31,330 nt of DNA from Ilumatobacteraceae bacterium (lineage in GTDB: Bacteria > Actinomycetota > Acidimicrobiia > Acidimicrobiales > Ilumatobacteraceae). Under the pieces are notes generated by a model. The model was not told where the DNA came from. It was given only the letters and a program-made list of their open reading frames with translations, and ran no database searches. A program made the position numbers and the translations under genes. Numbering within the stretch: position 1 is the stretch's first letter; each line of letters begins with the position of its first letter. Below, one piece after another: positions 8,459-16,107 of this stretch. The stretch is from positions 1 to 31,330 of the forward strand of contig JAYTNH010000120.1 of NCBI GenBank assembly GCA_043748395.1. Direction: 5' to 3'.

Positions 8459-8493
8459 CTGCTCGGCTCGACGTCCGTAGGTCCAGACCGCGT

Positions 8494-9264
8494 TCAGCCC
8501 AAGAAGCGCGACACCGTGAGAAAGCCGGTGTGGGCCACCATGCGGTGGTCGGGCCGCACTGCTTGGCCCTCGACGTACCAGCCGCGGTGCAGCACCTCGA
8601 TGGTGCGCGTACCGTTCCACGACTTGTTGGCCAGCACATTGCGCAACTGCGACACCTGCGTGATCGACGGGTTGTAGGCCACGAAGATGCCGCCAGGACG
8701 CAACGCCTCGAGCGCGTGCGGCACGACCTTCCACGGCTCGGGAAGATCGAGAACCACGCGATCTACGTCGCGGGCATCGATTCCCTCGTAACAGTCGCGC
8801 AGTTCGGTGTGGTAGCGCTCGAGCGCTTCGTCACCGAGGAAGCTGCGCACGTTGATTCGAGCGCGATTCAGGAAGTCTTCGCGTAACTCGTAGCCGATGA
8901 TGGTTGCACCCCAGCGCAGCATGGTCATGCTGAGTGCACCAGACCCGATGCCACTCTCGAAGACGGTGACCCCCGGGCCGATGTCGGCCAACATGCAGAT
9001 GGGTGCAAGGTCTTTGGGGTAGATGACCTGAGCACCACGTGGCATCTCGAGTACGAAGTCTTCGAGGGTGGGCCGTAGCGCCGTGTAGTTGGCACCCTTG
9101 GTGCTCTTCACCACCACGCCTTCGGGCTGGCCTACCAGTTCAGCATGTGTGAACAGGCCGGCGTGCGTGTGGAACTCGGCGTCCTGCACGAGTGTGATCA
9201 GGTAGCGCCGTTGCTTCGAATCGAGGAGCAACACCTTGTCGCCGTAGTCGAATGGACGATTCAT
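8494..9264 (-). CDS. trmI: tRNA (adenine58-N1)-methyltransferase TrmI (Gcd14 family)
   Basis: RPTLEDFVLEMPRGAQVIYPKD, ESGIGSGALS, LDLPEPW, VRPDHRMVAHTGFL. Start ATG 9264 from the ATGA overlap with the ttuA stop. Confidence 0.95.
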   Translation of the reverse strand: MNRPFDYGDKVLLLDSKQRRYLITLVQDAEFHTHAGLFTHAELVGQPEGVVVKSTKGANYTALRPTLEDFVLEMPRGAQVIYPKDLAPICMLADIGPGVTVFESGIGSGALSMTMLRWGATIIGYELREDFLNRARINVRSFLGDEALERYHTELRDCYEGIDARDVDRVVLDLPEPWKVVPHALEALRPGGIFVAYNPSITQVSQLRNVLANKSWNGTRTIEVLHRGWYVEGQAVRPDHRMVAHTGFLTVSRFLG

Positions 9265-10229
9265 TTCTTGCCCCTGCCCTTGCTGAGCACCAGTTCGACA
9301 GGAACCGGGGCATGTTGACTCGCCTTTTCTTGCAGACGACAAAAAGCGCACACGTCGCCGGTCGTTGGCGCTCCACAGCTCGCACATTGGTTCAGGCCAT
9401 CGATTGCCGCCGCCGAATGGCCCACCAGAAGCGGTGCCATGTTCTCGATGAAGTTGAGGTAGAACGCCGCCTTGCTACCCGGCGATTCGGTTTCGATGAC
9501 GTTGAGGGCCGACTTGTAGGCCAGGTGTTTGTTGCCGAGTGCGATGGGACACTCCTCGACCTGATAGTCGATGCCGCGCACGATGCACCATGCCGCCATC
9601 TCGCGCTCGCTGAGCCGCACGAGTGGCTTCACTTTCTTCGGGAATCCGTCGCGCGCCGGAAGCACCGGCAGTTGTCGAGCGAGGTAGTCGATGTCCCACC
9701 GCAGCGTGTTGCCGAGCAGCACCGCTGCCTCGTCGTCGAGGTTGTGGCCGGTGACCAGCACGGTGTAGCCGCCATCGAGCGCTGCCTTGTCGAACAGGTG
9801 GCGTTTGCTGAGGCCGCACGCCGAGCACGGCACACGACGGGTGGCCTTCGCCGCGGTTGGTATGTCGTAGCCGTACTCGTCGCGTAGCGAGACCTCGATG
9901 AGCTTGAGCCCCCGTTCGGCCGCAAATGCACGCGCATACTCGCCGGAGATGTCGCTGTAGTCGCCAATGCCGAGCCCTACGTACAGTCCGTCAGCCTTGT
10001 ACCCGAGCTCGCTCAACAGGTCCCACACAGCCAGGCTGTCCTTGCCGCCAGACACCGCCACCAAGATGCGATCGTCCTTGGCGAGCATGTCGAAGTGCTC
10101 GATGGCTTTGGTCACCTGCCGACGGCACAATTCGATGAAGTGTTCGGCACAGAAGTTGGCGTTGTGGCGCGGCAAGTCGATGATGGCCGGCCCGCGACAC
10201 GTGCGACACTTCGAACCCACCGCAACCAT
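9261..10229 (-). CDS. ttuA: tRNA 2-thiolation enzyme TtuA (TtuA/Ncs6 family, Fe-S PP-loop)
   Basis: N-terminal Zn finger CRTC..CAEH, PP-loop AVSGGKDS, PCSACGLSKR, TGHNLDDEA, EECP, C-terminal CASCGAPTTGDVCAFCR. This motif layout matches Thermus TtuA as I recall it, rather than TtcA. Confidence 0.88.
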   Translation of the reverse strand: MVAVGSKCRTCRGPAIIDLPRHNANFCAEHFIELCRRQVTKAIEHFDMLAKDDRILVAVSGGKDSLAVWDLLSELGYKADGLYVGLGIGDYSDISGEYARAFAAERGLKLIEVSLRDEYGYDIPTAAKATRRVPCSACGLSKRHLFDKAALDGGYTVLVTGHNLDDEAAVLLGNTLRWDIDYLARQLPVLPARDGFPKKVKPLVRLSEREMAAWCIVRGIDYQVEECPIALGNKHLAYKSALNVIETESPGSKAAFYLNFIENMAPLLVGHSAAAIDGLNQCASCGAPTTGDVCAFCRLQEKASQHAPVPVELVLSKGRGKK

Positions 10230-10426
10230 CAGCTGCCACCGGAGATGACAGGTCTGATCTCCACCACGTCGTCGTCGGTCAGCTCTGCGTCGCCGGGCAC
10301 CAAGGTGCCGTTGCGAATGACCAAGTGCGCTTCACGGCTGAGATCGAGGCTGTCGAGCAAAGCATGCACGCGTCGAGGACCAGGAACATCGATCTCGCGT
10401 CGTGGATTGCGGAGCAGCACCTTCAT
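10229..10426 (-). CDS. ttuB: Ubiquitin-fold sulfur carrier TtuB (ThiS/MoaD family), 65 aa, ending ISGG-S
   Basis: MKVLLRNPRREIDVPG...VVEIRPVISGGS; TGATG overlap with the ttuA start. Start at ATG 10426, not the ORF-track start 10618. Confidence 0.88.
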   Translation of the reverse strand: MKVLLRNPRREIDVPGPRRVHALLDSLDLSREAHLVIRNGTLVPGDAELTDDDVVEIRPVISGGS

Positions 10427-10441
10427 CGGCACAGTGTGCCG
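10427..10441. promoter_or_regulatory. Palindrome CGGCACA-G-TGTGCCG overlapping the putative leaderless -10 (CACACT, 10433-10438, minus strand) of ttuB
   Basis: Perfect 7-bp inverted repeat abutting the ttuB ATG. Confidence 0.5.
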
Positions 10442-10466
10442 GATGCCGCTGCGAATGAGTCGCGCG

Positions 10467-10721
10467 TCAGCGCGCCGCCGACCGACGTTGTTTGCGGGTG
10501 GGTGCGGCGATGGCCTCGATGCGCACGAACTGCCCGGGCTTGAGCTCCTCGATCGACAGCACTTCTTCGGAGCGACCCAACAGTTTGCGTGCAACGCGGG
10601 GAGCCCACAACACTGCACCGACTGCGAGCCAACCGCGTCGGCCCCCGAACACGCCTTGGTGTAGCGCGTTGCGGCGCAGCAGCGCCATCGGAGAGAACAG
10701 ACTCGACGTACGGCGCGCCAC
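10467..10721 (-). CDS. Small basic hypothetical protein with one hydrophobic segment
   Basis: 84 aa; GTG start 3 nt after the upstream stop; fills the gap in the operon. No family recognised. Confidence 0.65.
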   Translation of the reverse strand: MARRTSSLFSPMALLRRNALHQGVFGGRRGWLAVGAVLWAPRVARKLLGRSEEVLSIEELKPGQFVRIEAIAAPTRKQRRSAAR

Positions 10722-10724
10722 GCG

Positions 10725-10931
10725 TCAGACCCGACGGATCTCGACCAGCGTGGTCTTCTTCTTGCCGCTGCGCTTACCGAGGAAGAAGAACAACAGCAAG
10801 ATCACGACGCCGCCGACCGCAGCGATCGCCATGAGCGTTTGCTTCTTGTCGTCGACCTTGCCCTGAACGTCGTCCTGCAAGGCGCGAAACTTGGCCTCGA
10901 GGTCGTCACGTGTGATGCGTGGTTGAGCCAT
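10725..10931 (-). CDS. Small coiled-coil, tail-anchored membrane protein (DUF3618-like)
   Basis: MAQPRITRDDLEAKFRALQDDVQ... then TM AIAAVGGVVILLLFFFLG and basic tail; TGATG overlap with the holin-like gene. Confidence 0.7.
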   Translation of the reverse strand: MAQPRITRDDLEAKFRALQDDVQGKVDDKKQTLMAIAAVGGVVILLLFFFLGKRSGKKKTTLVEIRRV

Positions 10932-11290
10932 CAGCGCTTCTCCTTCTGCAACGATTTCTTTCCGATACGTGATGCCGCAATGCCGGCGACGACAAGGCTG
11001 AAGACCAGCGCGATGAGGTACGGCACGAGCGACATCCAGCGCCCATGGAACGTCGGTGCATACTCGGTTTGCACCAACCGCAGCACCCCGAGCACCAAGA
11101 ATGCTGTTGCCAGCCCGATGAGCAGCGCTCCGGCGACGCCGAACCCAATCCAGCGGCCAGCACCCTTGAGTGGCCCGAGCGTCTCTTGACGCGCGTACTG
11201 CTTGACGAGGTCGACGACCTGAGCCACCTGACCGGCGGGTTCGGACTTCTTGTCTCGCTGGGTTTCGAGCTTCGCGTCTGACTTGGCCAC
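10931..11290 (-). CDS. Actinobacterial holin-like (Holin-X/DUF1469-type) membrane protein
   Basis: VVDLVKQYARQETLGPLK..G followed by two TM helices and a basic C-terminus. Confidence 0.75.
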   Translation of the reverse strand: MAKSDAKLETQRDKKSEPAGQVAQVVDLVKQYARQETLGPLKGAGRWIGFGVAGALLIGLATAFLVLGVLRLVQTEYAPTFHGRWMSLVPYLIALVFSLVVAGIAASRIGKKSLQKEKR

Positions 11291-11342
11291 GCACTAGTAC
11301 TACCACGCGATCTCCCCAACGACCTACTGGCTGTCGGTAGGT

Positions 11343-11972
11343 TTACGACCGGAGGCGGAACTGGAGCATGGGTTCGACGTCGTCGAGCATCGCCCCGAGC
11401 GCCTCGAGCCTGGCGCTGGCCGTTGGTGCGCAGAGCAACTGGTACCCGTCGGCTGGGCCCAACGGTGCCAACGCGGCCAGTTGGTAACTGGCGAGAATGG
11501 GGTCGTCACTGAGTTCGTCGGTGCTCAGCCGCTGTGGGTCTCCGAGTTCGAGCGCCAGTGCCGATGCACGCCGCACCCGCTGGGCGATCGATCGAATCAA
11601 TTCGGCGCTGCTCAGGGCATCGTTGGCATTGTCGGCGACGTCGGGCCACTCGGTCACTTCGGCGAGCGGGTAGGGAGCATCGGGTAGCCACGCATCGACG
11701 CGAATGCGGTGAGTACCGACTGCAAGAACGGCGAACTGGCCCGCCTCGAGTTCGGCGACCTTCACGATTCGTGCCGCTACCCCGACACCGAGTCGCTGGT
11801 CGCCGCCGCCGACCTCGCGGCCGCGCTCGATGAGCACCACACCGAACTCGTGTGGTTCGGTCGCCATGCAATGTCGAACCAACGCCTGGTACCTGGGCTC
11901 GAACACATGCAGCGGAAGCACTCCCCCAGGCAGCAACACGCTGCCGAGCGGGAACATCGGCATGACAACCAT
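11343..11972 (-). CDS. Stand-alone Lon peptidase N-terminal (substrate-binding) domain protein
   Basis: MPMFPLGSVLLPGGVLPLHVFEPRY, FGVVLIERGREVGG; no AAA+ or protease domain; TGATG overlap with dacB. Confidence 0.88.
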   Translation of the reverse strand: MVVMPMFPLGSVLLPGGVLPLHVFEPRYQALVRHCMATEPHEFGVVLIERGREVGGGDQRLGVGVAARIVKVAELEAGQFAVLAVGTHRIRVDAWLPDAPYPLAEVTEWPDVADNANDALSSAELIRSIAQRVRRASALALELGDPQRLSTDELSDDPILASYQLAALAPLGPADGYQLLCAPTASARLEALGAMLDDVEPMLQFRLRS

Positions 11973-13423
11973 CAGCGCGGCGCGAGCACTTCTACGGTGG
12001 GTCCGCTCGGGTAGGCCCCGATCACCTTCGCGAACAGGTCCCAGATGGGCCGGTAGGCCACTTGCTCGGCGATTTGCGGCCCATTGAGCAGCATCGAGAA
12101 CTCGATCTCGCCACCGCCTTCGAGTGACACGTATCCGCTCAGTGTCTTGACTGCCGGCTTGCCGCCGATCCCGTCGTCGTAGTTGTACAACGTGCCGGTC
12201 TTGGCGCGTAGACGACCGGCCAGCTCCGTGTCGCCGAATGCGTCAGACAGCGTGCCACCGGGTGCTCCGCCGATGGGCAGACCCACACCAATCGAGTCGC
12301 CCACCGAACCCCGAACGAGCAACGCGAGGAACGCTGCGCACGTCGCGCGGTTCTCGTCGCTCAGACCCGAGCCGTCGACCAGCACCACGCCGTCGAGCGG
12401 AATGCCCCAGGTGGTGAGGCGATCAGTGACCACCGCAAGCCCGGCTTCGCGGGTGCCCCCAGCGCCCGCGTTCAGCCCGATCTCCTTGAGCACCATCTCG
12501 GCCGTGTTGTTGTCGCTGGTGGTGAGCATCTCGGCAAGCACGGCGGGCAGCGCCTCGGACTGCACACTGGAAATCGTGACAGTGGACGGAGCCGTTCCGG
12601 ACGCCGGCGCTCCCGCCACCGGTACGCCACGTTCGCGCAACAGATCGGTGAGTACTTGCGCGGCACCTTGCACCGGATCGTTCGACGACTTGTCGACCTG
12701 TTCGCGCGAGTCGTTCACGAGCAAGGCCGACACTGGGCCCCCTTCGATGAAACGTACGTCGGCTGTCCATGTGGGCGCGTACCACTCGTCGTCGTACCGC
12801 GACGCGTCGCCCACTACCCGACCGGTCACATTCGTGACTCCGGCAGCCACGACTGCTTCGGCCAGTGCCTCGATGGAGGTGACGTTGAAGGGCGGGTACT
12901 TCTGGTTCGGGCCCTTCCACCATGTGCTGCTGAGCAGCGGGTCGCCACCTCCGATGAGGTACAGGTCGCCATTCACCACTCCGTCGGTGCCGATGGTGCC
13001 AGCCACCGTGGAGGTGAAACGAAAGTCGGCACCGAGCACATCGAGAGCGACAGCGGCGGTGATGAGCTTGACGTTGCTTGCCGGGCGCAGCGATGCGGTG
13101 TCGTTCACCACGCCGACCGGCTGGCCGTCGACCGCCACCGAGAGACACGAAGTTGCATCGATCTGTGCGAGCAGCGGCTGCAGATCGGTGATGAACGAGT
13201 CGGCGTTCACCACGCGCGACAACGTCGTCGGAGCTCGCCGAACCGACAGCAGCGGCGTGTTCAGCGGATTGGGCACCGCGACCGGTGCCGACGAATCGGT
13301 GACAACGATGACACCGTCGGCGGGAGCCTTGCCATCGGCAATGCGCCACAACGCTGCGAGGCCGAGCGCCGGCACCAACGCCACAATCACGAGCGCCGGC
13401 AACGGGTTGCGTCGTGTAACCAC
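11972..13423 (-). CDS. dacB: D-alanyl-D-alanine carboxypeptidase/endopeptidase (PBP4, peptidase S13)
   Basis: N-terminal TM anchor; SxxK (PASNVKL), SxN (SDN), DGSGLS, KTGT. Confidence 0.93.
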   Translation of the reverse strand: MVTRRNPLPALVIVALVPALGLAALWRIADGKAPADGVIVVTDSSAPVAVPNPLNTPLLSVRRAPTTLSRVVNADSFITDLQPLLAQIDATSCLSVAVDGQPVGVVNDTASLRPASNVKLITAAVALDVLGADFRFTSTVAGTIGTDGVVNGDLYLIGGGDPLLSSTWWKGPNQKYPPFNVTSIEALAEAVVAAGVTNVTGRVVGDASRYDDEWYAPTWTADVRFIEGGPVSALLVNDSREQVDKSSNDPVQGAAQVLTDLLRERGVPVAGAPASGTAPSTVTISSVQSEALPAVLAEMLTTSDNNTAEMVLKEIGLNAGAGGTREAGLAVVTDRLTTWGIPLDGVVLVDGSGLSDENRATCAAFLALLVRGSVGDSIGVGLPIGGAPGGTLSDAFGDTELAGRLRAKTGTLYNYDDGIGGKPAVKTLSGYVSLEGGGEIEFSMLLNGPQIAEQVAYRPIWDLFAKVIGAYPSGPTVEVLAPR

Positions 13424-15598
13424 TTAGTCGATACCGCGACGCTGCAGAAATTGTGCGTACTGCCACAGATGCCCGAGCGCCGTGACGGCGCGGTTGCCGC
13501 TGGCATAACACAGACGGCCTGTAGCCCTCACCGCCGCCGGACCGGCATTGGCAGGGTCGGCCACGGCGAGTTCGGTGGCCGTGAGGATCGGCTTGTCATA
13601 CCGCACAGACAGCTCGTGTGCGGCCACAGCAAATCGTTCGTCTTGGCGCTCGTGGTACAACACGATGCGCTCGAGCCCATGGTCGGGATAGAACGCACCC
13701 TCACGCATGAGCCGCGCCTGATTGCTCTGGATGCCGAGCCCGAGGTAGATCATCGAATGCACGTCGGGGTGGGCGGCGATCAGTTCCATCACCTCGGGAA
13801 TGGTCTCACGCGTCTCTCCGCCGGCACAGTCGACCGGATTGCTACGACTCCATCGTGGAGGCAACTTCTCGTCGATCTGGGCCAGCAGATCGTCGGGCAA
13901 TGGCAACAAGGCGAGCCGACCGTCGCGCACGATGGCATCGCTGGTGACGACACCCCACCCACCAGCGGTGGTGAGCACCACCACGTTGGGGCCTTTCGGG
14001 AGTGGCTGCGTAGCGAACGTTGCCGCTGCCTCGAAGGCTTCCTCGACCGTTGTCGCACGGGTGACGCCCGCCTGCCGGCATGCACCGTCGAACACCTTGT
14101 CGTCGGCGGCCAACGCTCCCGTGTGGCTTGCCGCAGCCTGCGCGCCACCTTCGGTGGAACCACCTTTCACCACTACAAGCGGCTTGAGGGCAGCCACTGA
14201 TGCGAACCGCTGCAGCAATGACCGGCCATCGACAATGCCTTCGACGTAGGCCAACGACACCGCTGTTGCGTCGTCGTGGGCATACCAGTCGAGGTAGTCG
14301 GCGGGGGTGACAGCAGCCGCGTTGCCGGCAGAGACGGCGCGGCTGATGCCGACACCCGTTTGACGCGCATAGTTCAAGAAGCTGCTCACGAAGTTGCCGC
14401 TCTGGCTGGCCACCGCAATGCGGCCGACTGGCGGGAACGGGGCGACGATCTGCGCACACAACCTGGCCGGTGTGCTCACCACGCCCTGGCCGTTGGGGCC
14501 CGCGAGCAAGATGCCCAGTTCGTCGGCGAGCGCCACGAGTTCGGCCTCGGCCACCCGGCCGGCCTCGCCTGCTTCGCCGTAACCGGCGCTGGTGAGGAAT
14601 GCGGCCTGCACACCCTTCGCTGCGCACGCGCGTAACAGGTCGGGGTTGGCGCTGGCGGGAGTGCACACGAAAACCAGATCGATGACATCGTCGGGCAGTT
14701 CGGCGATGTCGGCGACGGTGCTGATACCGAGCACCTGTTCCCCCTGCAGGTTGGTGCCGTACACCCCGCCGGCATATCCGCTGGCCAAGATGTTGTGCAG
14801 GCTCACGAAGCCGAACTTGCCGGGGTGCGAGCTGGCACCGGCGACCAGTACCCCCTTCGGGTTGAACAGCGCCTCGAACTGCTCGTCGGTGGGGCGCTGT
14901 CGCGCCGAACTGCGGCCGGCATCGCTGGCGGCATCGCTGGTAGCACCGAGCTCGACCAGCGCATCGACCGCGACTGGCCGACCGTCGGAGCCGATGATCA
15001 GCGGGTTCACGTCGACGCTCGCAACATCGGGACGGGCCTCAGCCAACGCCGACAGGCCAGTGAGCACTGCTACGAGCTGATCGCGGTCGATCGCGGCCTC
15101 GCCGCGAAATGCTCCGAGCAGCTTCTGAGTAGCCAGCGACTCGATCATCTCGGATGCATCGGTGGCGGTGATCGGCACAGGACGGAACACCACGTCGGCC
15201 AGCGCCTCGGCGAGCACACCGCCCACACCCAACATCACGTTCGGGCCGAACTGCGGGTCGCGAACTACACCGGCAATGAGTTCGCGATTGCCGCTGATCA
15301 TTGGCGCGACGAGCAACGTGACCGCGCCGTCGGCGGTAGTGGCCTTGCCCAACAGTTCGTGACCGGCGGATTCGACGGCTGCCGCGTCGGCCAGGCGTAG
15401 CTTCACCAGACCGCGTTCGGTCTTGTGGGCGATGGCGTCGCCGCACAACTTCACCACCACCGGGAATCCCAGCTCGGCTGCGGCTACTGCCGCCTCGGCG
15501 GCAGTAGCGACCTCACGCTCACCAGCGAGGGGCACACCGAATTGACGCAGCAGCGCTTTCGAGTCGGATTCGGAGAGCGTGCGAGCAGCGGTGTCCAT
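13424..15598 (-). CDS. ADP-forming acyl-CoA synthetase (acetate-CoA ligase family), beta(ATP-grasp)-alpha fusion
   Basis: N-terminal LSESDSKALL..FPVVVK..HKTERGLV ATP-grasp; then GASSHPGKFG, GPNGQG, SQSG, phospho-His ASHTGALA, NPVD. Start ATG 15598 chosen from the leaderless -10. Confidence 0.9.
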   Translation of the reverse strand: MDTAARTLSESDSKALLRQFGVPLAGEREVATAAEAAVAAAELGFPVVVKLCGDAIAHKTERGLVKLRLADAAAVESAGHELLGKATTADGAVTLLVAPMISGNRELIAGVVRDPQFGPNVMLGVGGVLAEALADVVFRPVPITATDASEMIESLATQKLLGAFRGEAAIDRDQLVAVLTGLSALAEARPDVASVDVNPLIIGSDGRPVAVDALVELGATSDAASDAGRSSARQRPTDEQFEALFNPKGVLVAGASSHPGKFGFVSLHNILASGYAGGVYGTNLQGEQVLGISTVADIAELPDDVIDLVFVCTPASANPDLLRACAAKGVQAAFLTSAGYGEAGEAGRVAEAELVALADELGILLAGPNGQGVVSTPARLCAQIVAPFPPVGRIAVASQSGNFVSSFLNYARQTGVGISRAVSAGNAAAVTPADYLDWYAHDDATAVSLAYVEGIVDGRSLLQRFASVAALKPLVVVKGGSTEGGAQAAASHTGALAADDKVFDGACRQAGVTRATTVEEAFEAAATFATQPLPKGPNVVVLTTAGGWGVVTSDAIVRDGRLALLPLPDDLLAQIDEKLPPRWSRSNPVDCAGGETRETIPEVMELIAAHPDVHSMIYLGLGIQSNQARLMREGAFYPDHGLERIVLYHERQDERFAVAAHELSVRYDKPILTATELAVADPANAGPAAVRATGRLCYASGNRAVTALGHLWQYAQFLQRRGID
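14917..14940. repeat. Perfect 12-bp tandem duplication in the beta/alpha linker
   Basis: CGGCATCGCTGG twice (14917-14928, 14929-14940), encoding SDAA-SDAG. Confidence 0.9.
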
Positions 15599-15605
15599 CG
15601 GTGCC

Positions 15606-15611
15606 ACGGTA
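15606..15611 (-). promoter_or_regulatory. -10 box TACCGT, leaderless acyl-CoA synthetase promoter
   Basis: 7 nt before ATG 15598. Confidence 0.6.
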
Positions 15612-15645
15612 GCCAATCGCCCGCCGTTCCGAGGGGCCGCGAGCC

Positions 15646-16107
15646 TCACCCTGTCGAGACGTTGCCGGTCGAGACGTTATAGGTGAGCATGCTGCGCGCC
15701 ACGAGCACGTCGTCACCGGCGCGACGAACCTCGGCCTCGCAGAACACCACGCGTCGACCGCGCTTGACGATCCACCCCTCGGCAACGGCGTCGTGCTGCA
15801 CCAACGGCGAGAGGAACTGGATGTGCATGTCGACGGTCGAGAACCGGGTGTCGAGCGGATACGAGCTACCTACCGCCGGCACCATCACGGTGTCGAGCAA
15901 CGTGGCGATCGCTCCCCCGTGCACGATGCCTGCCGGTTGGTCGAGTTCGGGCCGGTACGGCAATCGCATGCGGCAATAGTCGACGCGTATCTCCTCGACA
16001 ACGAGACCCACGAACGACGGAAAGTACGTGCGCTCCCACGCCCCGAACTTCGACCACCGTGCCGCCGCATCAGCCTGGAGCGGCGCGAACTGGTGGGCCC
16101 GATTCAC
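15646..16107 (-). CDS. PaaI-family hotdog thioesterase
   Basis: LDQPAGIVHGGAIATLLD, STVDMHIQFL, GRRVVFCEAEV. GTG 16107 overlaps the hydrolase stop (GTGA). The C-terminus ends NVSTG-NVSTG. Confidence 0.9.
   Translation of the reverse strand: MNRAHQFAPLQADAAARWSKFGAWERTYFPSFVGLVVEEIRVDYCRMRLPYRPELDQPAGIVHGGAIATLLDTVMVPAVGSSYPLDTRFSTVDMHIQFLSPLVQHDAVAEGWIVKRGRRVVFCEAEVRRAGDDVLVARSMLTYNVSTGNVSTG

Noticed and set aside
10931-11290. Holin-like gene as evidence of a prophage
   Set aside because: No endolysin, integrase, capsid or att sites nearby; this family is routinely chromosomal in actinobacteria.
11322-11342. ACCTAC...GTAGGT hairpin after the Lon-N stop as a terminator; internal TGTCGG as a PafBC site
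   Set aside because: The stem is weak with no U-tract, and TGTCGG lacks the TAnnnT 10 nt downstream required by the PafBC motif. No PafBC motif was found at the arc, dop, nei, LOG or Nudix promoters.
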